A stretch of DNA of 64,000 bases from Candidatus Omnitrophota bacterium. GTDB lineage: Bacteria; Omnitrophota; Gorgyraeia; Ghiorseimicrobiales; Ghiorseimicrobiaceae. Below, piece after piece: positions 63,001 through 64,000 of the stretch. Positions within the stretch are counted from its first letter, which is position 1. Each line of letters starts with the position of its first letter. A program made the position numbers and the translations under genes. Where the stretch lies: positions 12,223 to 76,222 of the forward strand of contig JAUXSB010000033.1 in assembly GCA_030681595.1 (NCBI GenBank), given 5' to 3'. The notes beneath the pieces were generated by a model, which was given only the letters and a program-made list of their open reading frames with translations, was not told the DNA's origin and searched no databases.

Positions 63001-64000
63001 AATTCTTTTGCTGTCTGAAGGAGAAGCACGATCAGTTTAATCACATTGAGATTGATCTCATTGTCCTGTTTAATATCCCTATAATTTTCCGTGGTATTTT
63101 TAAAAACATGGTAATCAGCAGTATCTATGGTCCATGCCAACGCATTGATAATATTGTCGGCATAATCAAAATCTTCCTCGGCAATAGTGTTCACCCGATT
63201 GCCAATATCTGAAAAGAGGGTAACGCCGGTTTGCTCTATCCGTGAAACAGCTTGATCCCACTTCGTCTTGTATGAAACGGGCTGGGGATTGCCATCATTA
63301 TAAGCGAACAAACGCAAGACTCTGCGCGGGGTGTCTTGCCTGCTGATTTCAGTTAAGAAACTCTCAACTTTTTCTTGTGTTGAAATATCTATATTTTTTA
63401 ACAGATCGCAGGAATAATTTATGAAATCTGTCTTTGTTTGAGTGAATACATTGATTGTGGCCGTGGTATCAAAATAAGTAATCCAGCCGATATCTTTCAA
63501 TAGAGGATAAAGATGCTCTTTTTGTTCCTCTTTCGGATAAGAACCAAGCCAGGCCGCCAATCTTGCGTCTTTGAAAAATGGCAACCAGTGCGTATAATTG
63601 ACCCCGCCCGTAAACACAAGGTGGTGGAAAACATGATATCGTACCAATAATGCAATAGTCAGACCTTCTCTTTCGCTCAAACGGCCTGTTTCGACGAAGT
63701 GTTTTATCAAACCATATTTTTTTATAATCTCGTCGCTGATTGCATCATGCCCTAGCCCTTGCACAACCTTGCCTATATCATGCAACAGAAGAGACGGGAT
63801 CCAGACCTTGGGATTATCCGAAAAACTAGCGTCTTGTGTTTTCAACCATACTTTAAAAAGTTTGCCTGTATGCTCTATCGCTGTCTTAATTCTTTCGTCC
63901 TCCTGATGCCCTCTTGTATCAAGCTCAAGAGAGGCGACCGCATTGAAAATTTCATCTATTTTTAATGCCTTGAACAACGCTTCTTCGGAAATAGAGCTCT
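1..64000 (-). CDS. Giant multi-module ORF, partial at both ends. It is a single stop-free frame across the whole window (at least 21,333 codons) encoding a polyprotein-like chain of enzyme and regulator modules.
   Basis: Minus-strand frame anchored at 8 points (228, 9459, 19989, 23049, 29673, 42804, 52560, 58038), all with codon low ends divisible by 3. No tta/cta/tca plus-strand triplets in that frame in any stretch walked: 9459-9830, 34140-34380, 48900-49118, 55350-56073. Translations contain canonical catalytic motifs. The ORF track lists no complete minus frame-0 ORF, consistent with no in-window stop. Confidence 0.8.
2640..2760 (-). other. LuxR/FixJ-type helix-turn-helix segment
   Basis: NELYGRRIEILRLLNNGESIRSIAKILGIKPVTVERVLAD matches the LuxR-family HTH pattern. 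Confidence 0.5.
9537..9616. mobile_element. Related hairpin element with a different TIR (CACTGCGGCAGA/TCTGCCGCAGTG) and inner stem AAGGAC/GTCCT around the same loop core.
   Basis: Perfect 12-bp inverted repeat flanking the conserved core. The core is read in codon phase 0 (S-F-R-G-W-W-V). Confidence 0.55.
9797..9856. repeat. Third variant of the core-in-hairpin motif (outer CCGGCGC/GCGCCGG, inner GGGAAATC/GACTTCCC, core CCACCAGCCACGGAGAGG).
   Basis: Imperfect inverted repeats around the conserved core. Core phase is 1 (S-V-A-G-G-G), 250 bp from the phase-0 copy within the same ORF. Confidence 0.45.
18400..19988 (-). other. GH77 4-alpha-glucanotransferase (amylomaltase-like) module starting immediately after linker TSTSPL; lower bound approximate.
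   Basis: Minus translation from 19988 reads NKKIDGFFGPLSYLRSKNDLGIGDMGSLFTAIELAKAWGQRIVQVLPL, matching the GH77 N-terminal signature (GIGDxG ... WQ.LPL). Confidence 0.65.
22284..22860 (-). other. Small HExxH zinc-metallopeptidase-like module between linkers TASPL (22863) and ATSPM (22284).
   Basis: LLAHEVFHV at 22623-22637 (HExxH). About 190-aa module in a linker-dense zone. Confidence 0.5.
23056..23137. repeat. 24-bp tandem repeat GGCGGGCCTGCCCGAATGAAGTCA, about 3.4 copies, in-frame, encoding (GPPDFIRA)n in the giant ORF.
   Basis: Exact tandem copies at 23056-23079, 23080-23103 and 23104-23127, plus a partial copy. The unit length is a multiple of 3. Confidence 0.85.
29300..29760 (-). other. 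RelA/SpoT-type HD hydrolase-like module; bounds approximate.
   Basis: LIIAAILHDVLEDTDYTLDY at about 29645-29700 (HDxxED signature of (p)ppGpp hydrolase HD domains). Other HD motifs at about 27850 (RLHDVGKS), about 40190 (ITFLHDIGD), about 44600 (AILHDIGKS) and about 63740-63800 (HDIGKVVQGLGHD). Confidence 0.5.
34191..34265. mobile_element. 75-bp MITE-like hairpin element. TIR CCCGTTAGAGAG/CTCTCTAACGGG, inner stem ATTGTA/TACAAT, loop core CCACCAGCCACGGAAGG.
   Basis: Perfect 12-bp terminal inverted repeats and a nested inner stem. Length is exactly 25 codons. In-frame and stop-free in the giant ORF (core read as S-V-A-G-G). Confidence 0.7.
34502..34525. repeat. GC-rich motif CCCGCCAGACCGAAGTCGGGCTGG. 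Identical copy at 61495-61518; variants at 34271-34297 and 32418-32444.
   Basis: Exact 24-mer shared by two GC-rich islands, each adjacent to a MITE-like element. It has internal CCCG/CGGG and CCAG/CTGG dyads. Confidence 0.6.
35000..36400 (-). other. TPR-like repeat region; bounds approximate.
   Basis: E.g. SYFRRGDLYDRLGQSEQAREDYERSL at about 35280-35340 and similar 34-residue periodicity nearby. Confidence 0.4.
41633..42972 (-). other. Hexokinase-family module (about 443 aa) of the giant ORF, bounded exactly by two GGGCTGGCGGATT linker sites.
   Basis: N-terminal region ...NPTGKEKGLFLALDLGATNFRV (hexokinase phosphate-1 signature). C-terminus ...HDGSGIGAAIIAAVS. Linkers KSASPL at 42973-42985 and ESASPL at 41620-41632. 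Confidence 0.75.
47250..48080 (-). other. Histidine-kinase module (HisKA H-box plus HATPase_c); bounds approximate.
   Basis: H-box DGLHHHTRNPFTSLGGFA at about 48030-48080. N/G1 box IKISISDNGAGITAEDI at about 47390-47440. Confidence 0.65.
48931..49089. mobile_element. Composite: a 75-bp element of the same family (outer) carrying an 80-bp copy (48965-49044, TIR CCCCGTTAGAAAG/CTTTCTAACGGGG) inserted into its own loop core, with a 4-bp duplication CACG.
   Basis: Outer halves match the 34191 element almost base for base. Removing the 80-bp insert plus one CACG restores the 75-bp element. The total of 159 bp equals 53 codons, and the giant ORF remains open through it. Confidence 0.7.
51480..52017 (-). 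other. Multi-pass membrane module starting with Met-Ala-Lys-Lys immediately after the linker SSPATNKSGRPA.
   Basis: MAKKTQDD... followed by hydrophobic stretches (KIVLGILAVLTIAYSLGGYP...). It looks like an intact N-terminus of a membrane protein fused in-frame. Confidence 0.45.
52476..52488. other. Representative copy of the conserved linker 13-mer GGGCTGGCGGATT (encodes S-A-S-P on the minus strand). Other exact copies at 41620, 42973, 44752, 53001 and 58024; variant at 61390.
   Basis: Six identical 13-mers in an AT-rich 64-kb ORF, all in the same codon phase and each at a module boundary. Confidence 0.8.
52507..52574. repeat. Dispersed direct repeat B (left copy). Right copy at 58536-58605, about 90% identical. 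Encodes SSSSPVDKNDLSSAAKRQRR...
   Basis: Near-identical 68-bp segments ending in the GGCGAGCTGGA linker motif. The order of B and C is swapped on the two sides of the vapBC segment. Confidence 0.65.
52905..53020. repeat. Dispersed direct repeat C (left copy). Right copy at 57927-58042, about 85% identical over about 115 bp. Encodes ...HTLETIKAIKA...GQSASPL.
   Basis: Alignment of the two plus-strand segments by eye. Both end in the GGGCTGGCGGATTGGCCC linker motif. Confidence 0.7.
55386..55445 (+). promoter_or_regulatory. Putative vapBC promoter (-35 TTGACC 55386-55391; TATGAT/TGATAT -10-like hexamers 55404-55412) plus Shine-Dalgarno AAGGAGG 55433-55439.
   Basis: Consensus -35 hexamer and AT-rich -10-like hexamers, but the spacing to TATGAT is short (12 nt), so the exact -10 is uncertain. 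The SD is a perfect 7-mer at optimal distance from the ATG. Confidence 0.45.
55446..55673 (+). CDS. Putative type II antitoxin (VapB-like partner of the downstream PIN toxin); family uncertain.
   Basis: 75-aa ORF ending 4 nt before vapC. Strong SD AAGGAGG at 55433-55439, 6 nt upstream of the ATG. The size and position are typical of a TA antitoxin. No confident fold assignment from sequence alone. Confidence 0.6.
   Translation: MNNRIMERLEILEEKIENLKWLVITPISLGKADISNAVGIIRKSSGLLNKSLTKGIVFENKIRRQWTADFLKRRG
55677..56054 (+). CDS. vapC: PIN-domain ribonuclease toxin VapC
   Basis: 125 aa. N-terminal YLIDTNIIIDHL, central ITEYEL, C-terminal GIVDSLIAATAYKNKSILITRNIKHFKDI. This acidic-residue spacing and length are typical of VapC PIN toxins, and the gene is tightly coupled to an upstream small ORF. 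Confidence 0.85.
   Translation: MRYLIDTNIIIDHLRGDKSVTAFLEEIEKRQAKASISVITEYELLIYPSLNKQQEKEIISFVRIFALLNITPSIVKTAARLKRKYSGIGIVDSLIAATAYKNKSILITRNIKHFKDIKEIQIKSI
58620..60063 (-). other. Gfo/Idh/MocA-like NAD(P)-dependent oxidoreductase module beginning right after the long linker SSPATKKSGRPA.
   Basis: Rossmann start EEVGIVLIGAGRYA at about 60005-60046. Family assignment from the motif plus later DKPLTL-type sequence; moderate. Confidence 0.5.
60100..61300 (-). other. Class I SAM-dependent methyltransferase module with a preceding Cys-rich (zinc-ribbon-like) segment; bounds approximate.
   Basis: Motif I AADVGCGTVSDY at about 60625-60660. Cys pairs upstream. Confidence 0.55.
61555..61629. mobile_element. 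75-bp MITE-like hairpin element. TIR CCCGTTAGAGAG/(T)CTCTAACGGG, inner stem ATACG/CGTAT, same loop core.
   Basis: Same architecture and the same 75-bp length. The core is read in a third codon phase (L-P-W-L-V-V) with no stop. Confidence 0.65.

Noticed and set aside
802-63965. About 110 plus-strand ORFs (60-179 aa) in the supplied track
   Set aside because: Their translations are low-complexity and S/L/F/I-rich, most are in plus phase 1, and none has recognisable motifs or SD signals. These are typical antisense artefacts of the minus-strand giant ORF. Only 55446-55673 and 55677-56054 look genuine.
1-64000. Alternative genetic code (e.g. UGA=Trp/Gly) as explanation for the lack of standard ORFs
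   Set aside because: The coding frame contains no TAA, TAG or TGA at all in the stretches checked, rather than frequent reassigned stops. The standard code already gives one continuous frame.
1-64000. rRNA, tRNA or other ncRNA genes and rho-independent terminators
   Set aside because: No tRNA-like cloverleaf regions, rRNA-like conserved blocks, or GC-hairpin plus U-tract terminators were seen. The only strong hairpins are the in-ORF elements described above.

Overview
The window is dominated by one reading frame on the minus strand (plus-strand triplets starting at positions divisible by 3). I checked it at 8 independent anchor points: 228, 9459, 19989, 23049, 29673, 42804, 52560 and 58038. 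I also walked contiguous stretches: 9459-9830, 34140-34380, 48900-49118 and 55350-56073. I found no TAA/TAG/TGA, and the frame runs off both window edges, consistent with one ORF of at least 21,333 codons. The ORF track appears to omit it because it has no in-window start or stop. The plus-strand ORFs in the track are low-complexity antisense artefacts, apart from a vapB/vapC pair at 55446-56054.

Its translation reads as a chain of complete, recognisable enzyme or regulator modules. These include hexokinase (LALDLGATNFRV), GH77 4-alpha-glucanotransferase (GIGDMGS...WGQRIVQVLPL), histidine kinase (HHTRNPFTSL + ISISDNGAGI), a class I SAM methyltransferase (DVGCGTV), a Gfo/Idh/MocA Rossmann oxidoreductase (IVLIGAGRYA), several HD domains (HDIGK, HDVLEDT, LHDVGKS), an HExxH metallopeptidase (LLAHEVFHV), a LuxR-type HTH, TPR repeats and a multi-TM segment. 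The modules are separated by short Ser/Ala/Pro linkers ([S/A/T]-[A/S]-S-P-[L/M/V/I/A]). These linkers are encoded by GC-rich sequences conserved at the nucleotide level in an AT-rich gene (GGGCTGGCGGATT six times exactly, CGGCGAGGCGG four times exactly, GCGAGCTGGAGCG three times exactly). Several linkers are followed directly by Met and a typical protein N-terminus.

A bona fide PIN-domain vapC and an upstream antitoxin-like ORF, with their own AAGGAGG Shine-Dalgarno and a TTGACC -35 box, lie antisense and codon-aligned inside the giant ORF. Neither strand's codons ever use TTA/CTA/TCA there, so both frames stay open; this looks like genuine dual coding. The ORF also carries a family of 75-80 bp hairpin elements with terminal inverted repeats. 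Their conserved loop core is CCACCAGCCACGGA(A/G)GG and their stems covary. They occur in all three codon phases without breaking the frame, and one copy is nested inside another with a 4-bp duplication. I see no rRNA, tRNA, CRISPR or conventional intergenic space.

My best reading is a previously undescribed giant 'cassette-array' polyprotein gene, i.e. a fused operon with conserved in-frame junction sites that hosts an antisense toxin-antitoxin cassette and in-frame miniature mobile elements. Functional claims are inference from motifs only.
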